A DNA stretch of 61,194 bases, filler included. It is 5 parts of 5 records of this genome, joined end to end, with 100 filler letters (N's around TTAATTAATTAA, not from the genome) between each part and the next. Parts side by side here need not be neighbours in the genome. Positions count along the whole stretch, not along the records: positions 37,365 to 54,360 come from SRR2962707_2511; 4 more parts are not named here. The stretch is one strand, 5' to 3'. The notes under the pieces were generated by a model, which worked only from the letters and a program-made list of their open reading frames with translations, did not search any database and had not been told where the DNA came from. Below are positions 37,494 through 46,136 of the stretch, piece after piece; the stretch's first letter is position 1; every line of letters starts with the position of its first letter. A program made the translations under genes and the position numbers.

Positions 37494-38068
37494 ATGACGC
37501 TCCACGAAGTTGGTGCCGCAGTTCCGGCGATATCGGCTGTGAAATGGCACCCGCCACCCACTGGCGGCTGATCTTCGGCGCGGCTGATAGGGCAGCCGAT
37601 CAAATGACAGCGCAGCAGCGCCCCAACCGCCCCGTGGGCGATGACCAGAAGATCTCCGCTCGTCTGATCCAGGTCACACAGGGTGCGGATGGCCGAAACA
37701 ACGCGGATCTGGGCATCACGGGCCCGCTCCCATCCATCCACACTCTGGTCCGGGTTGGCGAAAAAGGCATCGGCCGTCACTTCAAACACCTCTACGGGCA
37801 GGTATCCGGTGCTGCTGCGGTCATTTTCATGCAGCGCATGGACGGCGAGCGGAACAAGACCGCTCGCATCGCCGTGAATGGCCCCGGCTTCAACTGCCTT
37901 GCGCTCCCGGCTCGTGTAGATCGCCGTAACCCGGGCCAGTGTCGGATCCATGGCAAAGCGCTCATGCCGCGCGTGGCCCAGATCGCTGAGGCTCCAGTCC
38001 GGGATGGCTTTGGCAGGATCGATATCAACCTGCGCATGCGTCAGAAATATCAGGTTGCGGCTGCTCAT
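37490..38068 (-). CDS. Histidine phosphatase (phosphoglycerate mutase-like) family protein with non-canonical THA motif
   Basis: LIFLTHAQV (RHG position), W.LS..G, SRERKAVE, LHENDRS.TG, WE and IAHGAVG; ATGA overlaps at both ends. Confidence 0.75.
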   Translation of the reverse strand: MSSRNLIFLTHAQVDIDPAKAIPDWSLSDLGHARHERFAMDPTLARVTAIYTSRERKAVEAGAIHGDASGLVPLAVHALHENDRSSTGYLPVEVFEVTADAFFANPDQSVDGWERARDAQIRVVSAIRTLCDLDQTSGDLLVIAHGAVGALLRCHLIGCPISRAEDQPPVGGGCHFTADIAGTAAPTSWSVI

Positions 38069-39147
38069 TCCGCCGCCTCCTGCTGCGGTTCCGCATCCAG
38101 GCGCAACCGTCGGATCAGTTCCAGTTCGGCCTGAAAATCGACGTAATGCGGCAGTTTGATATGTTCGAGGAAGCCCGTCGCCTGAATGTTATCACTGTGC
38201 ATCAAAACGAATTCCGCGTCTTGCGCTGGGGCACCGACGTTGTCTTCGCCCAATTCCTGCCATTGCAGGGCACGATCCACGAGGCTCATTGAAATTGATT
38301 TCCGCTCGCACCGGCCCAGAACAAGGCCATAACCCCGGGTGAACTGCGCCGGTTCGGTGCGCGATCCGGTGAACTGGTTCACGGTTTCGCATTCGGTCAA
38401 CACGATCTCGGCAAAGTCGATAGCAAAGCCCAGTTCGGGGATGTCGATTGCGACCTGGACCGTTCCAACACGCAATTCACCAACAAAGGCATGGGTGCGG
38501 CCATAGCCACGCTGAGTGGAATAAGCGAGCCCGAGGAGAAAACCTTCGTCCGCACGGGCCAGTGCCTGCAAACGCAACGGTCGCGCGGCGGGCAATTCCA
38601 GTGGGCTGCGCGTCAGATCGGGCGGCGTGGCGTCGCTGCGGGGCTCATCGCGCAGCAATCCTTCGCGGCCCAGATGGTCCGACACCCGGGCCCGGGTCTG
38701 CGGCGCAGTCTTGGCGATTTTTGCGGCAGCGACTTCGTCCCCGGCTGCAAGGGCAAAGTCCACCAGCCGGTGAGTATAGTCAAAGGTCGGGCCCAGCACC
38801 TGCCCCCCGGGAATATCCTTGAAGGTCGCCGAAACACGCCGTTCACAGATCATCGCGCCGGTGTCGATCGGTTTGGAAGACCCAAGGCGCGGCAGCGTGG
38901 TGCGGTAGGCGCGGATCAGAAAGATCGCCTCGATCAGATCACCGCGCGCCTGTTTCACCGCAAGCGCCGCGAGGTCCGGATCATAAAGCGACCCCTCCGA
39001 CATCACCCGCGCCACAGCAAGGGCAAGCTGCTGTGCAATCTGCTGAACTGTCAGGGCAGGCAGCGACCGGTCGCCGCGTCGCGCCTCGGCCAACCACGTG
39101 TGTGCGGCGGCAATCGCCTCTTCCCCGCCTTTGGCTGCAACGTACAT
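38065..39147 (-). CDS. phnI: C-P lyase complex subunit PhnI
   Basis: MYVAAKGGEEAI, EGSLYD, RRVSATFKDIPGGQVLGPTFDYTHRL and HIKLPHYVDFQ. Confidence 0.96.
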   Translation of the reverse strand: MYVAAKGGEEAIAAAHTWLAEARRGDRSLPALTVQQIAQQLALAVARVMSEGSLYDPDLAALAVKQARGDLIEAIFLIRAYRTTLPRLGSSKPIDTGAMICERRVSATFKDIPGGQVLGPTFDYTHRLVDFALAAGDEVAAAKIAKTAPQTRARVSDHLGREGLLRDEPRSDATPPDLTRSPLELPAARPLRLQALARADEGFLLGLAYSTQRGYGRTHAFVGELRVGTVQVAIDIPELGFAIDFAEIVLTECETVNQFTGSRTEPAQFTRGYGLVLGRCERKSISMSLVDRALQWQELGEDNVGAPAQDAEFVLMHSDNIQATGFLEHIKLPHYVDFQAELELIRRLRLDAEPQQEAAE

Positions 39148-39707
39148 CAGGTGTCCTCTGCAATACGGGTTGATCTGGGCAGGGCCGCCAGCCGGGTGCC
39201 GCAGGTCAGAAACAAGTCGACCCCCAGTGGATAAAGCGCCGCGTTCAGGCGCAGGGCATCAGCATCCGGCAGCGACATGCGCACCTCATCCTCGATCCCC
39301 GGCCCGGTTAGGCGCGGACCATCCGTGGAAATGTCAGTCATTTCGACGATCAGCGTGGCAGAGCGATCCGGATAGTCGGGCGTTCCCACCGGATAGGCCT
39401 TGAGGGGCCCAAGATCGTTCCACCCGCCAACGGCAAACGTGGCATCGGCTGCGGTCGCGGCCTGCGGCGCACCGGTGTGAAAGGTCAGCCAGTCCCGCGC
39501 CTCTGCAGCTTTGCCTGTCAATAGCACCGGTGTGGTACTGTCTGTCAGGGTCAGCAGCAGCAGTGCCGCAGCAGCGGACAGACCGGGCACCTCTGCCCCC
39601 GCAATATTTTGGATCGTCCCAGGGCACGCCATCGCCTGCATCGCCGCGCGAAAGGCACGGGCAGAGTCCTGGGGGGGATTGGCAAAGCCTGCAGCAAGTT
39701 GGCTCAT
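39147..39707 (-). CDS. phnH: C-P lyase subunit PhnH
   Basis: FRAAMQAMACPG, LTFHTGAP, GTPDYPDRSATLI, GPGI and LPRST. Confidence 0.95.
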   Translation of the reverse strand: MSQLAAGFANPPQDSARAFRAAMQAMACPGTIQNIAGAEVPGLSAAAALLLLTLTDSTTPVLLTGKAAEARDWLTFHTGAPQAATAADATFAVGGWNDLGPLKAYPVGTPDYPDRSATLIVEMTDISTDGPRLTGPGIEDEVRMSLPDADALRLNAALYPLGVDLFLTCGTRLAALPRSTRIAEDT

Positions 39708-40138
39708 GTGTCCTCTCCCCTAACAAGGGTTTCAAAGTTCACCCGCGTCGCTTCGGCCTTGCGGGCCATCATATCGTGCCGCGCAGTTTCTTCTGCGGCC
39801 AGCGGATCCAAAATCTTGGTGCGCAGCTCTTGCGCACGATCACCCTGCATCATCGCATCGATCAGCGCGGCACGGGTGGCGTGATCATGGCTGCGCCCCT
39901 GAACAAAAGCGTGGCCTTCGCTGCCGCCCGCGAGCCTCAGCGCGCAGCGGGTCGCAGTCACCTCGCCCAGGTTAAAGGGCGCGCCGACCCCGCCCGTCCT
40001 GCCCTGCACCATTACCGATCCCGCCTCGGGGGCGCGCAGCCAGCTGTGCGATGGCAGATCCGCAATGTCGGCCATCCGGTCGGCAAGGGCTTCGGGGGCT
40101 GATCGGGCCAGCAGGCCCATCCATTCGACTCGGGTCAT
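39704..40138 (-). CDS. phnG: C-P lyase subunit PhnG
   Basis: WMGLLAR, LRAPEAGSVMVQGR.GG.GAPFNLGEVT and ATRVNFETLVRGED; AGAGG RBS before ATG 40138. Confidence 0.95.
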   Translation of the reverse strand: MTRVEWMGLLARSAPEALADRMADIADLPSHSWLRAPEAGSVMVQGRTGGVGAPFNLGEVTATRCALRLAGGSEGHAFVQGRSHDHATRAALIDAMMQGDRAQELRTKILDPLAAEETARHDMMARKAEATRVNFETLVRGEDT

Positions 40139-40165
40139 GACGCCTCTGTTGATTATCGCTTTCGT

Positions 40166-40186
40166 TAGTGGACAACTATACAACTT
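40166..40186 (-). promoter_or_regulatory. Putative PhnF (GntR/HutC-type) operator upstream of phnG
   Basis: Minus strand reads AAGTTGTATAGTTGTCCACTA, with tandem AGTTGT repeats resembling HutC-subfamily TTGTATA-type sites (resemblance from memory, not scored). Confidence 0.45.
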
Positions 40187-40201
40187 TGCTGCGCGATAAA
40201 A

Positions 40202-40219
40202 GTGAAACTTCCATGACAG
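40202..40219 (-). promoter_or_regulatory. Pho box upstream of phnG
   Basis: Minus strand CTGTCAT-GGAA-GTTTCAC compared with consensus CTGTCAT-N4-CTGTCAC. Confidence 0.75.
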
Positions 40220-40364
40220 TGTTAGATTTCAGTGTACCAGACCTGCGCATATGGGCCCGCCTTCGGCAGGTTAAGCGCGGCTGATCACGCTCGGCACAGA
40301 TGTGCCAAAATAGTTCAGCACGGAAATGTCAGACAGTTGCTCAAAGGCAAAAAGGGCGATTACT

Positions 40365-40973
40365 TTACTCGTAACGATCCAGAAAATCCTCGGCCGACAG
40401 CCTGCGGAAATCTTCGATACGGGCGCGCAGGGTGGCATGGTCCCAATTCCACCACTGCAATGCCATCAGCCGTTCTGCTGTTGCTTTGGCCACACGAGGA
40501 CGAACAGGTTTGGCGGGCACCCCGGCCACGATCCAGTAGGGCGGCACATCCTTTGTCACCACGGCACCGGCCGCGACAACCGCACCATGGCCAATCACCA
40601 CTTCGGGTTTGACCATGGCCATGGCACCGATCCAGGTGTCATGGCCCAGATAGGCCAGCCGGGACTGGCGATGTGCCATCCAGTCGTGATCGGGTTCGGC
40701 GTCGTCCCAATAGTCGTTGGAACGATAGTGAAAGTGATGCAGTGACGCCTTTTCCATCGGATGATCCGTCGCCCCAATCCGGGCCATCGCCGCGATATTG
40801 GCAAATTTTCCGATCCGTGCATTGGCAATGTCGGCCAGCCGGTCGCAATAGGAATAATCCCCGAAATGCGCATGCGCCACACGACTTCCCCGGCCGATCT
40901 CGACATAGGCACCAAAGGTGCAATCCTCGGTAATCTCGCAATCGGGGTGCAGGAACGGGGCGTCAGGCTTCAA
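40365..40973 (-). CDS. Phosphonate-cluster hexapeptide-repeat acetyltransferase (CatB/DapH-like)
   Basis: [30 protein letters not shown] and GAVVTKDV...VAGVPA; non-ATG start. Confidence 0.88.
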   Translation of the reverse strand: MKPDAPFLHPDCEITEDCTFGAYVEIGRGSRVAHAHFGDYSYCDRLADIANARIGKFANIAAMARIGATDHPMEKASLHHFHYRSNDYWDDAEPDHDWMAHRQSRLAYLGHDTWIGAMAMVKPEVVIGHGAVVAAGAVVTKDVPPYWIVAGVPAKPVRPRVAKATAERLMALQWWNWDHATLRARIEDFRRLSAEDFLDRYE

Positions 40974-40988
40974 TCTTGGTGACAGGAT

Positions 40989-42287
40989 TCAATTCCCTTT
41001 GATGAGCTTGCGCCGCAGCCAGCCTGAAAGGGAATCCATGGCAAAGACCATCAGCACGATAAGAACAATGTAATAGGTGACCTCTTCCCAGTCCTTTTGG
41101 GTGATGATCGCCTGCGTCAGCAGCAGGCCGATACCACCGCCAGTGATCGCGCCGATCACAGTGGCGGACCGGGTGTTGGATTCCAGATAGTACAGGATCT
41201 GACTGAGCAGCACCGGAACGAGCTGGGGAAAGACGCCGAAACGGGCCCTGGCAAATGCGCCGGCACCGGTGGACCGCACACCTTCGATCTGCTTGTTATC
41301 GACGTTTTCCAACGCTTCGGAAAACAGTTTCCCAAAGGTGCCTGTGTCCGTCAGCATGATCGCCAGCGCCCCGGTCAACGGGCCGGGCCCATAGGCGCGC
41401 GACAACACCACGGTCCAGATCAACCCGTCGACGCCGCGCAAAAAGTCATAAATCCGCCGCGCCACCTGCCGGAATATCCCCAGCGGCGCAAAGTTGCGCG
41501 CCGCCAAAAAGGCTGTCGGCAGGGCAATCAATGCAGCACCAGCGGTGCCCAAAAACGCCATAAGCACGGTTTCGAACAACGCCCACAGGACCTCTTTGTG
41601 CCGCCAGACCTGATTGTTCCAGACATCCGACCAGATCGCCCCTGCCTCGCCGCCAAACGCCGCCGCGGCGAGCGTACCCGGACCCATGCCATAGAATTTG
41701 CTGTCGAGCGTAAAGAAGAACAGCTCCCATCCCGGGAAATACCGCAACACCTCGGTCCTTGACCGGGTGATGTTAACACGCCCCTCGGGTGTGGTAATGG
41801 CAACCCGGTTACGCGCGGCGTTGATCCAGTCCGGCAAGGGTCCGTCAGGAAACGTCGCTTCGACCCCGCCAGACCGCGACGCGCTGGCCGTGACTGTGCC
41901 GTAGTTGGGGATGACAAAGCGCAAGTCGCTGGTGCCCGACAGGGTGACCAGATAGCCGCTGCCAAGATCGACGACCGTCTCGGCGCCGATGTCCACCCAG
42001 TCCGGGCTTGTGCCATCGGGATAGCGGCCTTTACGCTCGCCCTCGACCGCGACGTCGACCGCACCGGACGTGTTGTCGCGCGTCACATGAACCTTGTAAC
42101 TGACCATGTCGGCCATCAGGATCTTGCCGTTGTCGCCCTTCGCGTCGGCGATGACGCGTGGACCTTCAAAGGCAAAGAATATGTAGACCAGATAGGCAAG
42201 CACCAGCAGGGGAATGCCTATTATCCAAAGCCGCATCCGCGACATGCCCCGCGATGCATCAAAATAGGTCGCGCTAAGGTCGCTCAT
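40989..42287 (-). CDS. phnE: Phosphonate ABC permease PhnE (long form with periplasmic insert)
   Basis: ETVLMAFLGT, GKLFSEALE, LESNTRSATVIG and GGGIG. Confidence 0.92.
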   Translation of the reverse strand: MSDLSATYFDASRGMSRMRLWIIGIPLLVLAYLVYIFFAFEGPRVIADAKGDNGKILMADMVSYKVHVTRDNTSGAVDVAVEGERKGRYPDGTSPDWVDIGAETVVDLGSGYLVTLSGTSDLRFVIPNYGTVTASASRSGGVEATFPDGPLPDWINAARNRVAITTPEGRVNITRSRTEVLRYFPGWELFFFTLDSKFYGMGPGTLAAAAFGGEAGAIWSDVWNNQVWRHKEVLWALFETVLMAFLGTAGAALIALPTAFLAARNFAPLGIFRQVARRIYDFLRGVDGLIWTVVLSRAYGPGPLTGALAIMLTDTGTFGKLFSEALENVDNKQIEGVRSTGAGAFARARFGVFPQLVPVLLSQILYYLESNTRSATVIGAITGGGIGLLLTQAIITQKDWEEVTYYIVLIVLMVFAMDSLSGWLRRKLIKGN

Positions 42288-43156
42288 GCCCTGGCCCCTT
42301 TGGTCAGACGGTTGCGCAACGCACCGCCAAGCTGATCCACAGTCACGATGGTGACGACCAACAGGATAAAGATCGCTGCCGCCTCATCAAACTTGCCCGG
42401 GCCCCAGGACATGGCATTGCGCAGATCGTAACCCAGCCCCCCCGCGCCGACAAAGCCAAGGATGGCAGAGGCGCGAATGTTGATCTCAAATCGCAGCAGC
42501 GCATAGCTCAGCCAGTTGGGCGCGACCTGCGGCACGACGCCAAACAGCATCCGCTGCGACCAGCTTGCCCCCACTGAACCCAGCCCTTCGAGCGGCCCTT
42601 GCGGCGCATTTTCGGCCACTTCGGAAAACAGTTTTCCCAATGCGCCGGTGGTGTGCACGGCGATGGCGATCATCGCGGGCACCGGCCCACCGCCCAGGAT
42701 AAAGATCAGGATCAGCGCGATGACGATTTCGGGCACCGCGCGAAAGATGTCGAGCAGACGGCGGATCGGGACGATGGCCCAGCGTGACGGGGCAAGCCCG
42801 CGCGTCACCAACAGCGACAGCACCCCACCGATCAGCGCGCCGATCAGCGTGGCCGCCCCGGCGATGTTCACCGTTTCGATCAAAGATGGGAAATATTTCC
42901 ACAGCAGCGCTGGAAGGTCATAGGCCTTTTCCCAGGCTTCGGAGATCACATCAGCGGGAAAGTCAAAGATGTTGGGCAGGCCGTTCAGAAAGCCGCCGGC
43001 GTTGCGCTCATTCGCGGTCAGGAACCCCGCGGCAAGCAGCAGCACAAAGATAAGTACCCCGGCCCCGCTATAAAGACGGCGCAGGCGGAGTTCTGCCAGA
43101 TAAGACGCGGTCACGTCAGACGGCTGCGAGGTGGAGGAGGCTGTGAAATCTGTCAT
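42284..43156 (-). CDS. phnE: Phosphonate ABC permease PhnE
   Basis: RAVPEIV, GALGKLFSE and LRFEINIRASAILGFVGAGGLG; start uncertain. Confidence 0.92.
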   Translation of the reverse strand: MTDFTASSTSQPSDVTASYLAELRLRRLYSGAGVLIFVLLLAAGFLTANERNAGGFLNGLPNIFDFPADVISEAWEKAYDLPALLWKYFPSLIETVNIAGAATLIGALIGGVLSLLVTRGLAPSRWAIVPIRRLLDIFRAVPEIVIALILIFILGGGPVPAMIAIAVHTTGALGKLFSEVAENAPQGPLEGLGSVGASWSQRMLFGVVPQVAPNWLSYALLRFEINIRASAILGFVGAGGLGYDLRNAMSWGPGKFDEAAAIFILLVVTIVTVDQLGGALRNRLTKGARA

Positions 43157-43205
43157 GATGAAACTCGGGCGCAGAGTATCTCTCTCTGCGCCCGGCTCTT
43201 TGTTC

Positions 43206-44117
43206 TTAGCTGCCGATCTCGGCCTTACGGACGGCAATGATCGTCTCATAGGCGTCGTGGGTCACCGGAGTGAAACCGGCGGTTTCACCCTGTGCGACAC
43301 CATAGGCGCACTCGGCGTCTGTATCGATCAGGTTGGCAACCAGTTCGGTCATCTTGGCCTTCACGTCATCGGGCAGGGCTTTACGCAGCACAACGGGGCC
43401 TTCGGGGATCGGCTTGGACTGCCAGATTTCCACGATATCATTCATGTCGACGATACCGGCATCGGATGCCTTGCGCAGCGCGCCCGAGTTGTAGCCGTCT
43501 TCCCAGTTGCCCAGGCCATCGGCCCAGGTCACACCGCCGTCAACGTCGCCATTTGCAACAGCAACGATAGTCTGTTCGTGACCGCCGGTGAACACGACTT
43601 CACCAAAGAAGTCGCCGCTGTCCATGGACGCGCCGGTCGCCTGCGGGATCTCGACAGAGGGGATCAGATAGCCGGAGGTCGAGTTCGGATCACCAAAGCC
43701 GAATTTCTTGCCTTTCAAGTCCTCAAGCGATGTGATGCCGCTGTCAGCGCGGGCAAAGCCGATCGAGTGGTACGAGTACGAACCGTCCAGGTTGGTCTTG
43801 ACCAGAATAGGCTCTACCGCTTCGGGGTCCTGCAGGTAAACGGCGGCGTAACCGGACGCACCCAGCCATGCCATGTCGAGCGTTCCGCCCAGCAGGCCCT
43901 GGATCACACCGTTATAATCGGCAGGGGTAAAGATCTTGACCGGAACACCAAGCGCTTCTGTGGCATAATCGGCCAGGCACTGGTTCGCGGACATACGGTC
44001 CTGAGCGTTCTCGCCGCCCAGCACACCGATGTTGAATTCCTGGATCTCTTGCGCAAAGGCGGAAGTGGTCAGGGCAGTTGTGGCCAAGGCGGCCAGCGTC
44101 AGGGTTTTGATAGTCAT
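43206..44117 (-). CDS. phnD: Phosphonate ABC substrate-binding protein
   Basis: Signal peptide, GGENAQDR, DYNGVIQG, DPNSTSGYL and FTGGHE. Confidence 0.94.
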   Translation of the reverse strand: MTIKTLTLAALATTALTTSAFAQEIQEFNIGVLGGENAQDRMSANQCLADYATEALGVPVKIFTPADYNGVIQGLLGGTLDMAWLGASGYAAVYLQDPEAVEPILVKTNLDGSYSYHSIGFARADSGITSLEDLKGKKFGFGDPNSTSGYLIPSVEIPQATGASMDSGDFFGEVVFTGGHEQTIVAVANGDVDGGVTWADGLGNWEDGYNSGALRKASDAGIVDMNDIVEIWQSKPIPEGPVVLRKALPDDVKAKMTELVANLIDTDAECAYGVAQGETAGFTPVTHDAYETIIAVRKAEIGS

Positions 44118-44177
44118 GGGTGTCTCCCTCGGGGTGTGGACCGGCCCCTTTGTGGGGTGCCGGGGATCGTTGGAAAT

Positions 44178-45014
44178 TCAGATCGCGGCCTTGGCCTCGT
44201 CTATGATGGTCTGGGTTGCGGGCATGTCGCGGATCTCGGTCGAGGTCGCCTCTTCCGAAAAATCCGATCCGGCGCCATAGATGTCGCGGGCAACGCCGGT
44301 GGTCAGTTGATCTGGGGTGCCGTCAAACACGATGCGTCCCTTTTTCATGCCGATCACCCGGTCGCAGTACCGTCGCGCGGTATCCAGCGTGTGCAGGTTG
44401 CAGACGACCATGCGGCCATCTTCATCATGGATGGCGCGCAGCGCCTCCATCACCACCTGGGCGTTCATCGGATCGAGCGATGCAATAGGTTCATCCGCAA
44501 GGATGATCTTGGGGTCCTGCATCAGGGCGCGGGCGATGGCGACGCGCTGCTGCTGCCCGCCCGATAGCGCCTCTGCGCGTTTGGCAGCCTGTTCGTGAAT
44601 GCCGAGGCGAGCCAGAATCTGGATCGCGCGGCGGATGTCATCCTCGGGCCACATCGCGGTCAGGGCCCGCAGCGTGCCTGTACGGTAAAGCGTGCCGTGC
44701 AGCACGTTCGATACGACATCCAGCCGGGGAACAAGGTTGAACTGCTGAAAGATCATGGCGCATTCGGCCTGCCAGCCGCGCACCTGACGCCCCTTAAGGG
44801 CGGTGATGTCGCGCCCGTCAAAGACGATGCGACCCGTCGTCGGCGTCTCTAGCCGGTTGATCATCCGCAAAAGCGTGGATTTCCCGGCACCAGATGCACC
44901 GATGACGCCAATCATCATCGGCTGCGCGACATTGACCGTTACCTGGTCCACAGCGGTGGCCGAACCAAAGCGGCGTGTAAGTTGTTCGATTTGTAACAAG
45001 TGGCCCCCGGACAT
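44178..45014 (-). CDS. phnC: Phosphonate ABC ATP-binding protein
   Basis: [46 protein letters not shown] and NLH. Confidence 0.95.
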   Translation of the reverse strand: MSGGHLLQIEQLTRRFGSATAVDQVTVNVAQPMMIGVIGASGAGKSTLLRMINRLETPTTGRIVFDGRDITALKGRQVRGWQAECAMIFQQFNLVPRLDVVSNVLHGTLYRTGTLRALTAMWPEDDIRRAIQILARLGIHEQAAKRAEALSGGQQQRVAIARALMQDPKIILADEPIASLDPMNAQVVMEALRAIHDEDGRMVVCNLHTLDTARRYCDRVIGMKKGRIVFDGTPDQLTTGVARDIYGAGSDFSEEATSTEIRDMPATQTIIDEAKAAI

Positions 45015-45042
45015 GCGTTTGAGCGCTGTCTAAGAGCGATAT

Positions 45043-45071
45043 GTGACGAACTAGCGACACTTAGATGACAG
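45043..45071 (-). promoter_or_regulatory. Extended Pho box (three 7-bp units, 11-bp period) upstream of phnC
   Basis: Minus strand CTGTCAT-CTAA-GTGTCGC-TAGT-TCGTCAC. Confidence 0.78.
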
Positions 45072-45338
45072 TTCAACCATACTGCCCTACCCCTGTCAGC
45101 AGTCGCCGATCCGGGCGAGCCGGCGGGGCTATGGACCGCTGAACGGCTCACCCAGATGCACACGCAGGCAAGGGTCACTAGGGAATAAGCGTTAGGTCAC
45201 AGTACCAGCCGAAACTGTCTTCTTGGATATCGCGTCGGTTTACTAAATCATCGCGCGTGTCAGTGCCGCACCAGATAAATTGCTTCGTCTCAGGCCTGCG
45301 CCAAACAGGGTCCTGACCAGAAAAACAGCAGCATACCG

Positions 45339-46040
45339 TTACTCTTCGTCCAGAAACCAGCTGTGGTTCGTTTCCCGCAACGGTTCGATAATCGCCTCGA
45401 TCGTGCCCAGATGCGCTCGCATGGCCTGCAAGGCTCCGTCGGCGCTTCCTGATTTCAATGCCGCGACAATGGCGATGTGATCGGCATAGGCCCGCTGCGA
45501 CCCCGAGGCGAGCGATAGGAAACGCACCCTATCAGTATGTGCCTTGTTCTCACGTATGATGTCCCAGACGTAATCCACTCCGGCCCGCGCGCACAGCACC
45601 TGGTGAAACAGGTCGTCCAGGCGGTGGAAACCGGTTCGGTCGCCCTTGGCCACAGCCGTCTTTTGGGCGTCCAGTATGGGTTGCAGGGCGGTGAAATCCT
45701 TGGGGCCAAAATTGGCCGCCGCCAGACGCATCACCTCGACTTCGATCGCGGTGCGGATGAACCGCGCCTTGCGCACATCCTGCACGTGGATCTTGCTCAC
45801 TGTCGTCGCCTTTTGCGGCTGGATCAAAAGGAACCCCAGCTTGGACAGGCGGTAAAAGGCGTCGCGCACCGGCTGACGCGAAACACCAAGTTGTTTGGCA
45901 ACATCCGCCTCAGACAACTTGGTTCCCGGTGGCAGCGAAAGCGACAAAACCTGTTCGTGCAGGGCGTCAAACACCTGATCGGCAACTGAGGCCCGCGTCA
46001 AAGGTTCGAGGGGTCCAAGCGCAGCTATTTCGGTCACCAT
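45339..46040 (-). CDS. GntR/FCD-family regulator of the hexuronate cluster
   Basis: LPPGTKLSE...LGVSRQPVRDA HTH and FCD domain (DDLFH, H..I, MRAHL); divergent from uxaC. Confidence 0.9.
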   Translation of the reverse strand: MVTEIAALGPLEPLTRASVADQVFDALHEQVLSLSLPPGTKLSEADVAKQLGVSRQPVRDAFYRLSKLGFLLIQPQKATTVSKIHVQDVRKARFIRTAIEVEVMRLAAANFGPKDFTALQPILDAQKTAVAKGDRTGFHRLDDLFHQVLCARAGVDYVWDIIRENKAHTDRVRFLSLASGSQRAYADHIAIVAALKSGSADGALQAMRAHLGTIEAIIEPLRETNHSWFLDEE

Positions 46041-46136
46041 GAGGTTCCTTCGGATTGACGGCACATATAAACTAGCATATTAGCATTCCAGAATAGCAGG
46101 TAGAGATAGACTAAACCACCTCTTCCGGATCGAAAA

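Noticed and set aside
40365..40973. Chloramphenicol or streptogramin resistance acetyltransferase
   Set aside because: Its position and motifs fit the phosphonate-cluster hexapeptide transferase family.
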